From the human T2T-CHM13v2.0 reference genome, Homo sapiens, in assembly GCF_009914755.1 (NCBI RefSeq), contig NC_060928.1: 64,000 nucleotides of DNA; one strand, given 5' to 3'. Below are positions 27,533 to 40,858 of this stretch, piece after piece (positions within the stretch are counted from its first letter, which is position 1; every line of letters starts with the position of its first letter). Made by a program: the position numbers and the translations under genes. The notes beneath the pieces are model-generated. The model saw only the letters and a program-made list of their open reading frames with translations. It ran no database searches and was not told where the DNA came from.

Positions 27533-30500
27533 GTTGGGATACGATCATAAAGGGCAAAGATTTTAGATTGATGCTATAGGTAATGGAAATCATTAAAGAT
27601 TTTAGGTGGTGAAGGGACATGATTTTACAAGTAGACTACAAAGATCACCTTGGAAGCAGAGAGAAGTATAGAATAAAAAGGAGAACTTTTGAAGAACATA
27701 AGATTACTGGATTGTATGTTTGCAAGGAATACTACTTGAAGAGGCTCCTGTGGGAAACTAGGGTAAAAGTCAGTTGTGCTAACACAGTGGTAAGATAATT
27801 ATAAAAGAAGGGACAATGAGATAAATGAATGATGGAGACAGGAGCTGTGGGTGACTGTCAATGGAATTTATGCATAATATTTTTCTAAACAGATCTTTGG
27901 TAAAATTGTTTCAAATACCACTTTCCTATAAGCTGTCTTCTGGTGATGTTGCTTTATCTTGAAAGGTATGCAATTTCTTCTTAACATGCAGCAGAAGCCA
28001 TTTGAAAAAAACCAGTAACATATAATTCTTTTCTGGAAGGTTACTTGTTCTTCCTCCCACTAGGGATTTTCTCATTGTCAAACAAACAAACAAAAAATAA
28101 ACGTAATTTACTTATGACTACATTTTACTCAAATAAGGTCATAGTATACCTATAGCTGATAGATTGGTGTATGACATGTATTTCTGGGGAAATAGATCCA
28201 CTAATAAAGAGTACTTTGTAGAATTGAATGTTTAGTCTTTTTGTTTATTCTTTTGCTTTTTGTTTTGCTAACTAGACTATGTTCTGAATTAATCAAAGTT
28301 GTTTGACAAAGCAATACTTATTGCAGATTGTTTTTGTCAGTTTTGTAATGCTTGTTGACATTACTGCAATGCAATTTTATGATTATATCTTTTGAACCTA
28401 AACGTCAGTGAGAATTTAATAACTTTTCCCCCTATGTGCTTCTAAAATTATATAACAGGTGATTATACTAAACATAAGCTTCAATGTTAAAAAAAGCACA
28501 AATATATTATGTTGGGGGATAATTTACTTACATAACTTTAAAGTTCAGCAACAGTGATAGCTTCTGCTGAGGCTTACTAGATCAAATCTTAAAAACTATG
28601 TTTCTCTCCACCTTTTTGCTTAGTTTGATAGGAGCCCTTATTGACGTAAAATGGTTGTAGCAGTTTTGATAACTCATATCCTGACATAATCAAATCGAGA
28701 GGAAGAGAAGGACTCCTCAGTTAGACTCTTTTTGGGAATGCTTGTCAAACAGAAACTAGGTTGACTGAATCCTCAAGTCTGTCAGGGAATATTCTGATGG
28801 GACAGATGTAAAGGAAATACCAATTGGCAAAATCTAAACAAGCCCTACCCACATTGGTCAAGCCCCACTTTTCTTCAAACTTGACAGAGAAAAAAGAATT
28901 TATGCAGTGTCCTAAAGAAATCCAGCCTTTCCTTTGAAAGAGGAAAACATGGATGCCAGAAAACATAGCAGCCACAAAAATTTAAGCAAATAATGCTTCT
29001 CCTGAATACAGACAGAATACCTACTAAAGAAGTGCATATGTATCTAGAAAAATGACCATGATATAATTTTTACTACCTTGGCTAGGAGTCTATTTGAATT
29101 AAAACATGCCAGTGTTTTACTCTGTAGACCAAACACGTTCTATGATTTGTTGTATAGTTCTTTGCCAAAAAATAAGTGTGCAGTCTGAAATTCAAAACAA
29201 AGAATTTCCTTCTTGATCCACACTTCAAAGCCTTGCTACTTCATATGATCCTTAAAGAAAAAAGAAAAGAAAAGAGAAAGAAAATCACAACTTGCTGGGG
29301 TCTCTAGTATTTAGCAGCTGTTAAATTTTAATAGATGTCAGTAGGGTACTCAGTTAAAAAGCAACCCAAGAAACATCATAAAAAAAGATATAGTCTTTGA
29401 CATAATAGGAGGCATGATTTTTTTATAGCTGAAAACAGAATGACAATTTCTCTGTTCAATAAAATAATTTGAAGTCAGGAAAATATTTAACATCGTCAAG
29501 TTAATATTAAAATAAATGGAATATATTTTGCTGATAAACAAGTCATAGTAAGCATTGCTTCAGTCTTTCATTGACCTGGTTGTATAATCATCAATTTTTC
29601 ATCTTTGGATTCATATCATTATTTTCCAGAAAATTGTGTGCTTATGTTAGCCATACAAACTTAAAAGGATAGCAAAGAACCTGAAAGGTTTGAACTTTCA
29701 TGAAGTTAATGACATATATCAAATCAATCTAGGCTGAGTCTATAAGAAAATCAGCTCATTAAATAAGATTTACATTTCTGAAGATTACTCAGTTACTTTT
29801 TCTGGATGCCCATCATACTGAAGAATCACATTATTCGTATGTTGCCTTATTTTAATGATTTAGGTTTGACTGTCCTTATATTTGGGTACCTAAAGTGATG
29901 AGAAAAAATGAGTCGCAATGGAGAAAAAGATGACAAACTTTCTTGTAATATAGATGCAATATTGACATATTAACAAGGTGAAAAAAATCTCACTTGCATT
30001 GCCAAAGATGCTTTCGAATAAGTTATCACTATGAAGTTTATAGCAGAGCAGTTGCAGTGAACAGGTGTGATGTAAAAGTCAAGTCATTTTCTAAGACTCA
30101 CATACGGTATGTTTTGCAAATATTCTACCACACTTGGCAATGTGGAAGAATAAATGTACTAAAAGCTTTCCAATATTTTGACAGCTAGCATATAGTACCC
30201 AACTGTTAATGCCAGTGGAAAGTCCAGGAGAAAGACTTTAATTCATTTAAAATTAATTTCAAAATAATGTATGACTGTTATTTTAAAATTATAGAAAGGC
30301 AGAAATATTCTAAAGGAATAGTTAAAGTTTCTGTGTACTTACATCCCTTGTCCTACTCCATTTCCATGTCTATACCAAAAGCAATCACTTTTAACAGCTG
30401 AGGTCTATTTTTCCAGGCTTTCTCTATATGTATATATCATCATTTCCAAGACCTGCAAAGTCAAGTGGTTTTTATAAAACCATATATTACATTCTTCTAA

Positions 30501-31965
30501 TTTTCTTCTCTTCAGATATACTAGCTCTAGAGGAAAATCAGAAAATCAGAAAATTCTTTCCTTCATTTGTTTCTTTTAAAATCCCAAAGGATATTTGTGA
30601 TAGTCAACTTTACATTATCAATATGGACACTATAATTTTTATACACCTTCATTTCTAAAGCTTTATGTAAATGACATGTACTCTCTCTATATTTTAATTT
30701 CCCTATCTGTTTATAGAAAAGTTATGTCCTATCTTCTTGAAAGATATGAACTGAGGGATGAATAAAATAATGGAGAAAATTGCCATATAATAACCTGATG
30801 GCAATATTAAAATAAATTCTAATGAAGATCTTCAAATTATTTTATTGCAATAAGCATTATAATTTTCTTTGGCAATAAGCATTATATTTGTAGTTACTTC
30901 TAGCTGGTACACTTAAGATTACTTTTTATTATCACCCTTGTATGTAACATTTTTTGTCATAGAAATTAAACATTGAAATAACCAATGACATATAGTCAAA
31001 CTCTCTGTTAGGCTGTGCAATTCCAGATTCTAGAGAAAGGTTAGGGGTGGAGGTCCCATACAATATCAAGTCATTACCGGTAAAATTTTAAAGATGATTA
31101 AATACAGATTTCTTGTTTTGCTAATTAGCCTTATCCCTTCTTATTGTGTTCTTGTTACTGCTAAATAACTTCATGTTGTCGTCATTACAATAAAGGTCAC
31201 ATTCTGGTCCTGTTACTCCAGGTCCTTCCAGCCAGCTACTCTTGTTCCCAAAGCCCTTCTCCTACTTCAGGCTTGCTTATTTCATTCTCTGTTATCAATT
31301 ACCAGTAAAAAGTGATTCCCTGATTTAAAGGAACTTACTCCTACCCTGACGTTATAGGAACATCATGGTCAAAGATTCATGATTCCACTGACCTAATTCA
31401 TGTTTGCTACTTTAGAGAGTGAAGTCATTGTGAAACTAGAACAGATGTTTTTTTCTAAGACCAAAAGTCTAAAACATTTTCTTTCAGACCACTGGAGGCA
31501 CATATCTAGGGTAACCAAGGCAGCCACCTTCAGGGTGGTTGGAGCCAGCGTTCTTGGAGTCTGGTTCTTCAATCCTTTTGTCATGTTTCATTCTCACACC
31601 TGGCTATGCAGCCTTGAAGAATCTTGAGGAAAGAATGGACTTAATTAAGCATTTTAAAATTATTTGTATGTTGTTGTACTAATTTCTGCATACATGTTTA
31701 GGGAAACAGGTAGATTGAAAAAAAGAGAGTTTGAAGAAATCATTGTCTCAATGTTAGTCCTGTTTAAAAAAAATTCCAGTGATTTCTGTAGTGTCATACT
31801 GGAGCAAATTTCAAAGTCTTTCGACCATCAGTTCAAAGATAAAACTAGATAATCTGTGTTCATTTTGTGCTGTAGTGAGTATTTTTGACATTGGGAAAAT
31901 CTTACAAATGTTTAGGAAAAGTGTCAGAGAATTTCCCTGACAGTGCTTTTATGGTATCTGTAGGT

Positions 31966-32149
31966 TAAAGTTGCCAGGTAAAATACAGAACACTGAGTTA
32001 AATTTGAATTTCAGTTAAACTACGAATACTGTTTAGTATAAGTATGCCCACTACAACATTTGAAACATACTAAAACATATTCACTGTTTTTTGAAATTCA
32101 AATTTTACTGAACATCCTATATATTTATTTGCTAAATCTGGCAACGCTA
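31966..32149 (+). mobile_element. MER53 (hAT MITE, palindromic)
   Basis: gttgccaggtaaaatacag...ttaaatttgaatttcag...tgaaattcaaatttt...gctaaatctggcaacgcta. Confidence 0.85.
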
Positions 32150-32152
32150 TTA

Positions 32153-32496
32153 CAGGTTGAGCATCTGTAATTCAAAAATCCAAAATCTGAAATGCTCACA
32201 AATCCAAAACTTTATAAGTATCAACATAATGCCACAAGTGGAAAATTCCACACCTAACCTCATGTGACAGATAACAGTCAAATGCAGTCAAAACTTTGTT
32301 TCATGCACACAATTATTTAAAATGCATCAGGCTATTTGTGTAAGGTGTATATGAAACATGAATGAATTTTGTGTTTAGACCTGATTCCTATCCCCAAGAT
32401 ACTTCATTATGTGTATGCAAATATTCCAAAGTCCAAAAAGATCTGAAATCCAACCCTTCTGGTTTTAAGCATTTCAAATAAGGGCTATTCAGCCTG
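32153..32496 (+). mobile_element. Tigger4b/MER46-type MITE
   Basis: TIRs caggttgagcatc / gctattcagcctg; internal gccacaagtggaaaattccacacct. Confidence 0.85.
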
Positions 32497-32797
32497 TGTA
32501 TGTGGTGGTATCCCCCATATATAGAGGATGGGGAAAGATGGTTCAAGCAACAATAGCTTCTCAAGGTGGCATGTTCAAATTCCTCTAAACAGGGACACAT
32601 GTGTATGCTACTTTTCCTTTGATAAAAGTATAATAGTTACCATTAAAAGAGAAATGAAAAGGAAAAGTAAATATCCCTTACAAATGCCAAAATTATTCTA
32701 ATGAACAATATGAATCAGGTGTTATGTTTTCTTCTCATCATCCTCCTCTTCATAATGATAGTAACAATAACATTTATAATATAATAATTACAAATAA

Positions 32798-33087
<290 letters not shown>

Positions 33088-33159
33088 ACAGAGAACATTT
33101 ATTGAAAGTTTTCTATCAAGCACTTTTAATTAGCTGCAACTTTTAATACTTACCCTGCT

Positions 33160-33630
33160 GGAGTGTATGGCCCAGGAAGGACCATATCTGCCCTGTTCAT
33201 TGCTCATTTCCCAGAAACCCATGCAGTATCTGACAATAATAGGTAGTATGTGTTTAGTGAATGAAAAAAAAATGAATAAATGAGGTAGGAATTATTATCC
33301 CGGTTTCACAAATGGATAATGTGCGGTTTATTGATGTTGAGGTCTTTCCTCCCAAACAGAATTTAAGTTACAGTGCCTAAGCAGAAATTCAAATGTGTTT
33401 GACTTCAAAGACGGCAGACTGCTTCAGGAATTAATCCACATCCATAAGGGGCAGGAATTGTTGCTGAAGGGATATGAACTCCTTCTGACTTATAACATAC
33501 TAGCTCATATGCAACCTGCTTGCAAAAGCTGTCTCCTTAGAACCTCAAAACAACTATGTAAGATGGATATTACTATCCTATTTTTAGTGAATAAACTGAG
33601 GCATAGTGACTATAAAACCTAGATCCAAAC
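33160..33630. mobile_element. Interleaved L2 3' end and MIR remnants
   Basis: L2 tail gtttagtgaatgaa at about 33250; MIR cores at 33280-33420 and 33500-33620. Confidence 0.5.
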
Positions 33631-34780
33631 ATGAGTCTGTCTTTCTCAGTAAAATGAATAATAGTACCAGTGTGGTACCTTCATATGTAAGAAAATATAT
33701 TGTGTTTCAGGAATAGAGACATCAGAATACAATTAGGTTAATTTTTTGTCACGTATTTTACATAGATGTAGAAAATAGAAAATGCCCAATATCTGTGTTC
33801 CTGAATCAACATTTTTATTTATGTAATATTATTGAATATTAGACATGCCACAGCTAGTTGGGATCCCCTTAATTGAAGCAAAATGCTTTAAAAATGAGGA
33901 AATATATATTTAAAAATATTTAAGAACTCGTAAGTTTAAACAGGTACTTAGAAAAATCACTTTTCCTCTAAGTCTACTTACTAGTTCTCTGATACTAAGA
34001 TACAATGCCATGATGAAGTAGTTCATTTCTACAGACTGCTAAACTGAAAAACAACTATTTCAGATCATGTTTTCAGGGCCATAGAGTGGGATAGCCAAGA
34101 GAGAAGGCTGTGTTTGTAAGCCATAGTCCCACAATTCAGTCTCAAAATACCCAAAGATCTTCCTTTCCTCCTTTGCCCACCCACCCACCCCTCTCTAGCC
34201 AAAGAGCTTGGGGTTGAAACTAAACCAGAACACATCATCATCATTATTTTTCCCCAAGTTGCTATTTAAGAAGTTTAGACGTGCAGTTGCTTCATGTTGA
34301 TGATGCTTGCTATTCTCTCTTGGGTAAAATAATCGGATGTAGTATTAAGACTGTCACTAAGAATTGTTCATGTATAATTTATACTCACAATTAAAAAGCA
34401 TTTTTAACCAAGTGTCACAACACAGTGACAACTAAATTAGACTGTGATTTACATTACCATGTGCTGCACTTGATTTAGTGTCACTCTAGAGAAATTGACA
34501 AACAACCCATGTAGAGCAAGGCAGAGGTCTTAGTCAAGATAGGGCTCACTCCCCAGGTGGGAATAAGGTGAGGGATAGCCAGTGCATGTTGATGCCATTA
34601 TGATTAATAATTAATATTAGAATATGTACAGCAATAGAAGTGCAGCCCTTTTAGTAATTGCACAAGACTACTCTAGATAGGCATAGTAAGTAGTTAATTC
34701 TTTTTACAATATAATTAAAATGAAAGTGAAAAAGTAACTGTAGAGAAAGAAAACATAAATATTTTCTTTAATGTTTGAAA

Positions 34781-34887
34781 TTTTTTGAAAAGATGGAATC
34801 TTGCTCTTTTGTCCAGGCCTCAAGCAATCCTCCCACCTTGGCCTCCCAAAGTGCTGGGATTACTGGCAGAAGCCACCCAACCTGGCC
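34781..34887 (-). mobile_element. FLAM/Alu monomer with deletion
   Basis: ctcaagcaatcctcccaccttggcctcccaaagtgctgggatta. Confidence 0.8.
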
Positions 34888-36670
34888 CAACTGTTTCTTT
34901 TAAATATGATGAAATCAAAGTTAAATGATTCAAGTGACAAAGTTGATACTGAATCGCCCCAAAATAGCTTCAAGTGCATTTTTGAAGGGGCCTATTGTCA
35001 CACCATGAGCTGAAAGAGTTCCAAGGGACTTGTGTGCTTATTTGAGACATGTCTGGCAAAGACTGACTTTTTTTTTTCATGGAAATTCAAGGATAAAATA
35101 AAATACATAAATTAAAAGCCAAAGATACAAGGCATGGAATAAGATGGATATTCTAGAGAAATCACATGACTAAATGACATCATAATAGAAATGGAAAACA
35201 AAACACAACAAAAATGTGTGGTGGTGGAAGAAGTGACCTGGAATATTAAAAGTCAGACAGAACACTTAGAAGAGACCATATATGATTTAATTTTAATTAT
35301 TGTTTTAAGTAGTGATGAATTTGGGGACTGTAATGTCTACATGAGCTCCAACTAGACATCTTTATAAGTGACAACTGTAAAATCTGGACACAATATCTTG
35401 AAGCAGCTACTAGAATTAAAAATATTAATACAAAGTCTTCTGTGGTGTCCATGTTCAGAAGAGGAGTTATATTTGCGTTCACTCTTTCTAGCCTGGGAGT
35501 AGGGACTGTTAGCAGTCATAGATGAGCAGAATCCCTTGCGTGAAAAAAGCTCCAATTCTCTGGTCTGGGAAATCAAAATATCGAGTCATGGCAACTCTGT
35601 TTTCTGGAGTAGGGGGAGGGGAGTATCTAGAAGAGGAATATCTAGAGATGGCATCCCCAAATTTAATCTGCCTGCATCTGTGATAGACCTCTGAGTCGTG
35701 TATGCATAAAGCAGAGTCAGAGCAGTTTAGCTAAGGCAAAGGATCTCAGGTGAGGACCGAGTTGCTGTCCAAGACTAAGACAAAACAAAACTAACTAACT
35801 GAAAATTACTCATGGAAGAAGAGAGTATCCAGTCTCCACGGCTTAATATTCATGACGTCTATGATAAAATGCAGTCTTATGTGACATAAGAGAAGCATGA
35901 ATAAAGAGCTTATTCTCAAAATTAAAAAGAAAGAAAGAAAGTGAAGCCATTTCTGCAATAGATGACTTAGACACTGAAATTAGTAGGAAAGAAATTTAAA
36001 GTCACTATTTTGACCATACTCAATTACATAAAAGAAAATACTTCTCCACTTAATGAAAGATGGGAAATATGAGCAAAGAAATAATAATGATTAAAAAGAC
36101 CAAATGTATCTTGATTTTTAAAAATGCAATAGTGAAAAAAAAAACAGAAAACAAAATGACTAAATAGAATTAACAGCAGAATGGAGTCAGCAGAGGAACA
36201 AGTCAGTAAACCTCAAAATAGATCAACAGAAATGCTGAAAAGTAAATAAACAGAGCCTCCAAATATTGTTAGATACTAAATAACCTAACATAAGTGTCAT
36301 TGGTTGTCCATCAGGGAAAAAGAGGGAAAGGCATAAATATATTTAAAAAGTAATGGTTGAAATTTTCTAAAATTTGAATAAAGATTTATATTACAGATTT
36401 AATGAAGAATACTTAAAATGAAAAATATCTGGGTAAGCATAACATTCTGTTTTAATTATTTATTTTATTCTTTCCTTAATTTCTTAATACTGCATATTAC
36501 TGTTTAAAGTAAAACTGTAATCATTGTCTTGTAAACATTTATAACACATATAAGTCTAATACACATGACAACAATAGCCTCAGTCATGACTGGGAATAAA
36601 TTGACCTACATGGTGCCTAGATTTCTGTATTTTATACAAAATGATAGTACATTAATTCTAAGTAGACAGT

Positions 36671-37019
36671 TGTCATAGTCTGTCCATCCTACTGTAACTA
36701 GATGGCTTATAAATGACAACAATTTATTTCTCACGGTTCTGGAGCCTAGGAAGTTCCAGTTCAACATGTTGGCAGATTTGTTGTCTGGTAAAAGCCAACT
36801 TTCCAATTCACAGACAGCACGTTCTCACTGTGCCTTCCTGTGGTGGAAAGGATAAGAGGTCTTTCTGTTGGCCTCTTTCGTAACACTAATCCCATTCATT
36901 ATGACTCTGCCCACATGGCCTAATCACCTCCCAAAGGCCCCACCTCCTAATACCATGACCTGGGGATTAAGATTTTATTGTATGAATTTGAGGGGGACAA
37001 AAACATTCAGTCTGCATCA
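36671..37019 (-). mobile_element. MLT1A0-like solo LTR
   Basis: aatttatttctcacggttctggag...cctaatcacctcccaaaggccccacctcctaatacc; TSD acagt / actgt. Confidence 0.85.
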
Positions 37020-37762
37020 ACTGTGAAAATTAAGTATGTAGACTGTAATCTATTATACAACCAATAGGAAATTAACACAGAGAAGTATAGTTTAAAGCCA
37101 ATTGAAAAATTAAAATTTAATTCTAAAATTTGTACAAACTAAGAAAAGCCAAGGAAGGAAAAACAAAAGCCAAATGGGAACAATTATGAAACAAATAATA
37201 AAATAATAGATCAATAATAGACCGCAATCCAATTACAATAAATTATATTAAATATTAACTGAAAATCACAATGAAAATGTACAGACCTCATTTTTATCTA
37301 AATAAATCAGAAAAAGAATAGAAAATAAAGTGTAAGTTAGAGACAAAAGAAAAAATCTAGAAATTGAGAACAGAAGAACAATAAAAATAAGTTATTAAAA
37401 CCAAAGGATCATTGACTCTTGTCAGGGGTGACAAGTTAATTCATTGTGGAATGGATAGTCTTTTCAACAAATGGTGATAGAAGATTGGCATTCATATGTA
37501 AAATAAGGAACCTCTATCTTTATCTTATTCATTACACAAAAATTGACAATCTTTAAATAAAAGATTGTAGAATCAAAGTGCTAGAATATAAATTGTCAAT
37601 GAGAAGACAGTGGAAAATATTTGTGGCATTGTGTTAGACAAGATTTCTTGAAGAGCATAGATACAAACACACACAACAGAGGGAAAGAAATGGTTAAATG
37701 GACTTTATCCAAATTAAAATCTATTATTCTTTGACAATTCACCATTTAAAAAAATAAAAGGT

Positions 37763-38170
37763 GGCTGGGCGCTGTGGCTCGCGCCTGCAATCCCAGCACT
37801 TTGGGAGGCCGAGGCATGTGGATCACGAGGTCAGGAGTACAAGACCAGCCTGGTCAAGATGGTGAAACCCCTTTTCTTTTTTCTTTTTTCGAGACGGAGT
37901 CTCACTCTGTCGCCCAGGCTGGAGTGCAGTGGCGCAATTTCGGCTCACTGCAAGCTCCGCCTCCCGGTGAAACCGCTTTTCTACTAAAAATGCAAAAAAA
38001 TTAGCCAGACATAGTGGCAGGCGCCTATAATCCCAGCTACTCGGGAGGCTGAGGCAGAGAATTGCTTGAATTCAGGAGGCGGAGGTTGTAGTGAGCCGAG
38101 ATCGTGCCACTGCACTCCAGCCTGGGTGACAGAGTGAGACTCTGTCTCAAAAATAAATAAATAAATAAAT
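37763..38170 (+). mobile_element. AluSg-like host element (interrupted)
   Basis: ggatcacgaggtcagg; left arm split at ggtgaaacccc; (TAAA)n tail. Confidence 0.93.
37878..37965 (-). mobile_element. 5'-truncated AluY nested in AluS
   Basis: T-tail plus gagacggagtctc...gcaagctccgcctccc; 17-bp TSD ggtgaaacc(c/g)cttttct. Confidence 0.92.
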
Positions 38171-39295
38171 GGAAAGTCAAAGACTAGGAACAAATGTTTT
38201 CAAAACTATATCTAACAAAGGATCATTTCCAAAATATATAAACAATATTTATGATTCAGTAAGACAACTCAATTTAAAAATGGGTAAAAGTTTTGAATGT
38301 GACATTTGACAAAAGATATATGAAAGGCAAATAAACATCAGAAAAGCTGCTTACCATCACTATTCATCATAGAAATGCATCTTAAAGTTACAATGACATA
38401 CCCATATTAATTATTAAAAATAAAAAGACTTATAATACCAAGTGCTGGAGAAGGTATGGAGGAAATGTATTCTCATACATTTCTGATAGAAACACAAAAT
38501 GATACAGCCACACACATTGAAGTAGTTTGACATTTAATCATACACTTAGCATGCGATTCAACAATCTTATTCCTAGGTATCTACCCAAGAGAAATGAAGA
38601 CACATACCTATAAAAAGATGTATGTGAATATCCTTAAAACTATTACCTATAATAACTAACCACTAGAGACACAAATATCCATCAGCTAGTGAATGATAAA
38701 TAAATTTTTATATTTATATTATCATATACTAATCAGCAGTAAAAAGTATCAAAGTACTGGTATATAAACAACTTGTATGAATCACAAAAGTATCAACCTA
38801 TGTAAGGAAGCCAGAAGAATGATGAAAACACTCCACTTGTCCATATTTTTGATATTCTAGAAAAGAAAAAATTATAGGTACAGAAACAAACCTATCAGTT
38901 GCCTGGATCTGGGAGTTGGGATTGAGTGCAAAATATAAAAGGTGTTGTAGGTTGTAGTTTTTTTTAATTTTATTTCTGTGGGGTTCTAGAAATGTTTGAT
39001 ACTTTGTGTTCATAGTTACATGATAATGTACAACTGCCAAAATGCGTCAGAATGTTAGCCTAGTGAATATTTTTGTATATAAATTGTATCAAAATAAACT
39101 ATGGGGAACAATAAGCTATTTGCATGAGCATAGTCTTGGTATTAAAGAAGCAAGCAATTGAGTTTCAATATAGATTTCTTTTTTCTGTTTTTGTTTTGTA
39201 GTTAAACAGCATATATTTAGTGAATACATTCAGGGGCATTTTATCATTTTGATTTCTGATCATTTTGCCAATGGAAATTGTACTTTTAGTATTAC

Positions 39296-39365
39296 TTTTA
39301 TTTAGTATTTATTAATACTAAATAAAAATTTAGTATTTATTAATACTAAATAAAAATTTAGTATT
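39296..39365. repeat. AT-rich palindromic 28-bp tandem repeat (about 2.3 copies)
   Basis: Unit tttagtatttattaatactaaataaaaa at 39301-39328 and 39329-39356. Confidence 0.9.
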
Positions 39366-40522
39366 AATATCTATACAAATTAATTTTTAAATCATTTAAA
39401 GATGAAAACATTTTCCAGCAGATTTCAAATGTTCAGAACTTGAATTAAAATGTAATTAGCACTGAAAAGTTACTGTTTGTGTTACCCTATGGCAAAGGCT
39501 CCCAAGGTGGTTACCCCTAATGACTAGTAGCGTTTAAAAAATATATTTTTATTCTCATTCAAAGTATTTCAGTCTTCCTGTTACATTATGGCTTTGTGTG
39601 TTTACAGAGTTTATTCTATATTGGTGAACCAGAAACCCAACTTTTTATCAAATCAGCTCTGAGTCTAGAAATAAAATTAGAAAACTAATAAAAGTAGAGA
39701 TGTCAGGGCTCTTGCCATTTTCCTAGCAGCAGGAAAATCGTTTATTTAATGTATCACGGTCTAGTATTACAGATATTAAAATAGATGGCAAAATTTATGT
39801 TACAGACTCCATTTTGAGAGAATATAACTCAGACATATGCTTTCCTGAAATTCACCATTTAGAATTTATCACAGTTAAATCACATATTTATGTATGCTAT
39901 ACACATAGAACAAAGACTAATTGCTAGGAATCTAAATTGGAAAACCCTATTGTTTGAGTGTCATCTGCTAATATTTGGACCTCTTTATATTGACAAACCC
40001 AAAAGCAGCCCATTATAAAAATATGGAGAATTCGTGCTAAAAACCATTTCACTTATTGCAGGTCTTTCTTAACACAATTAACTAAAAGCATATCATTTTC
40101 CATGTAATTGTTTCAACAATTTCTTATCATACTTGATTACAAAAGTCATTCCCTTCCACACCCTACTTCCCTCTATGTGTCTGTCATTTGGTAAGTCAAG
40201 ACCTCTTTTTGTAATATGAATGCTTAAGATGGGAGGATCATTTTATTCTTTGACTTCTATTCTGAATATATCAAATATTTATATGATCTTATTAAACTAA
40301 ATGAGGGTTATGGAGTATAGTGTCACCAAAACAATAATTATTGAATAAAATGAATATTTTCTTCCTCTAAACAGATATTTATATCATGTCATATTTACTA
40401 TAGAAAATTGTATTATAAAAAAGATGGGGTTCATCGTCTTGGGTTTAAGTAGAAAAATGTTCTCAGCAGTCATCAATTTTTTCATGAATACACAATTCAC
40501 GCTAAAACTTTCACATATTTGA

Positions 40523-40858
<336 letters not shown>

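Larger units (their letters stand above)
35780..39100 (+). mobile_element. Fragmented old L1M (L1MC/MD-type), interrupted by MLT1A and Alu
   Basis: ORF1-like aatagaattaacagcagaatggag; ORF2 3' ttttcaacaaatggtg, ataataccaagtgctggag, attcctaggtatctacccaagagaaatg. Confidence 0.7.

Noticed and set aside
31966-32149. miR-1302 family locus (MER53-derived)
   Set aside because: The segment corresponding to the mature miRNA is mutated and partly deleted (tttgaaacatactaaaac)
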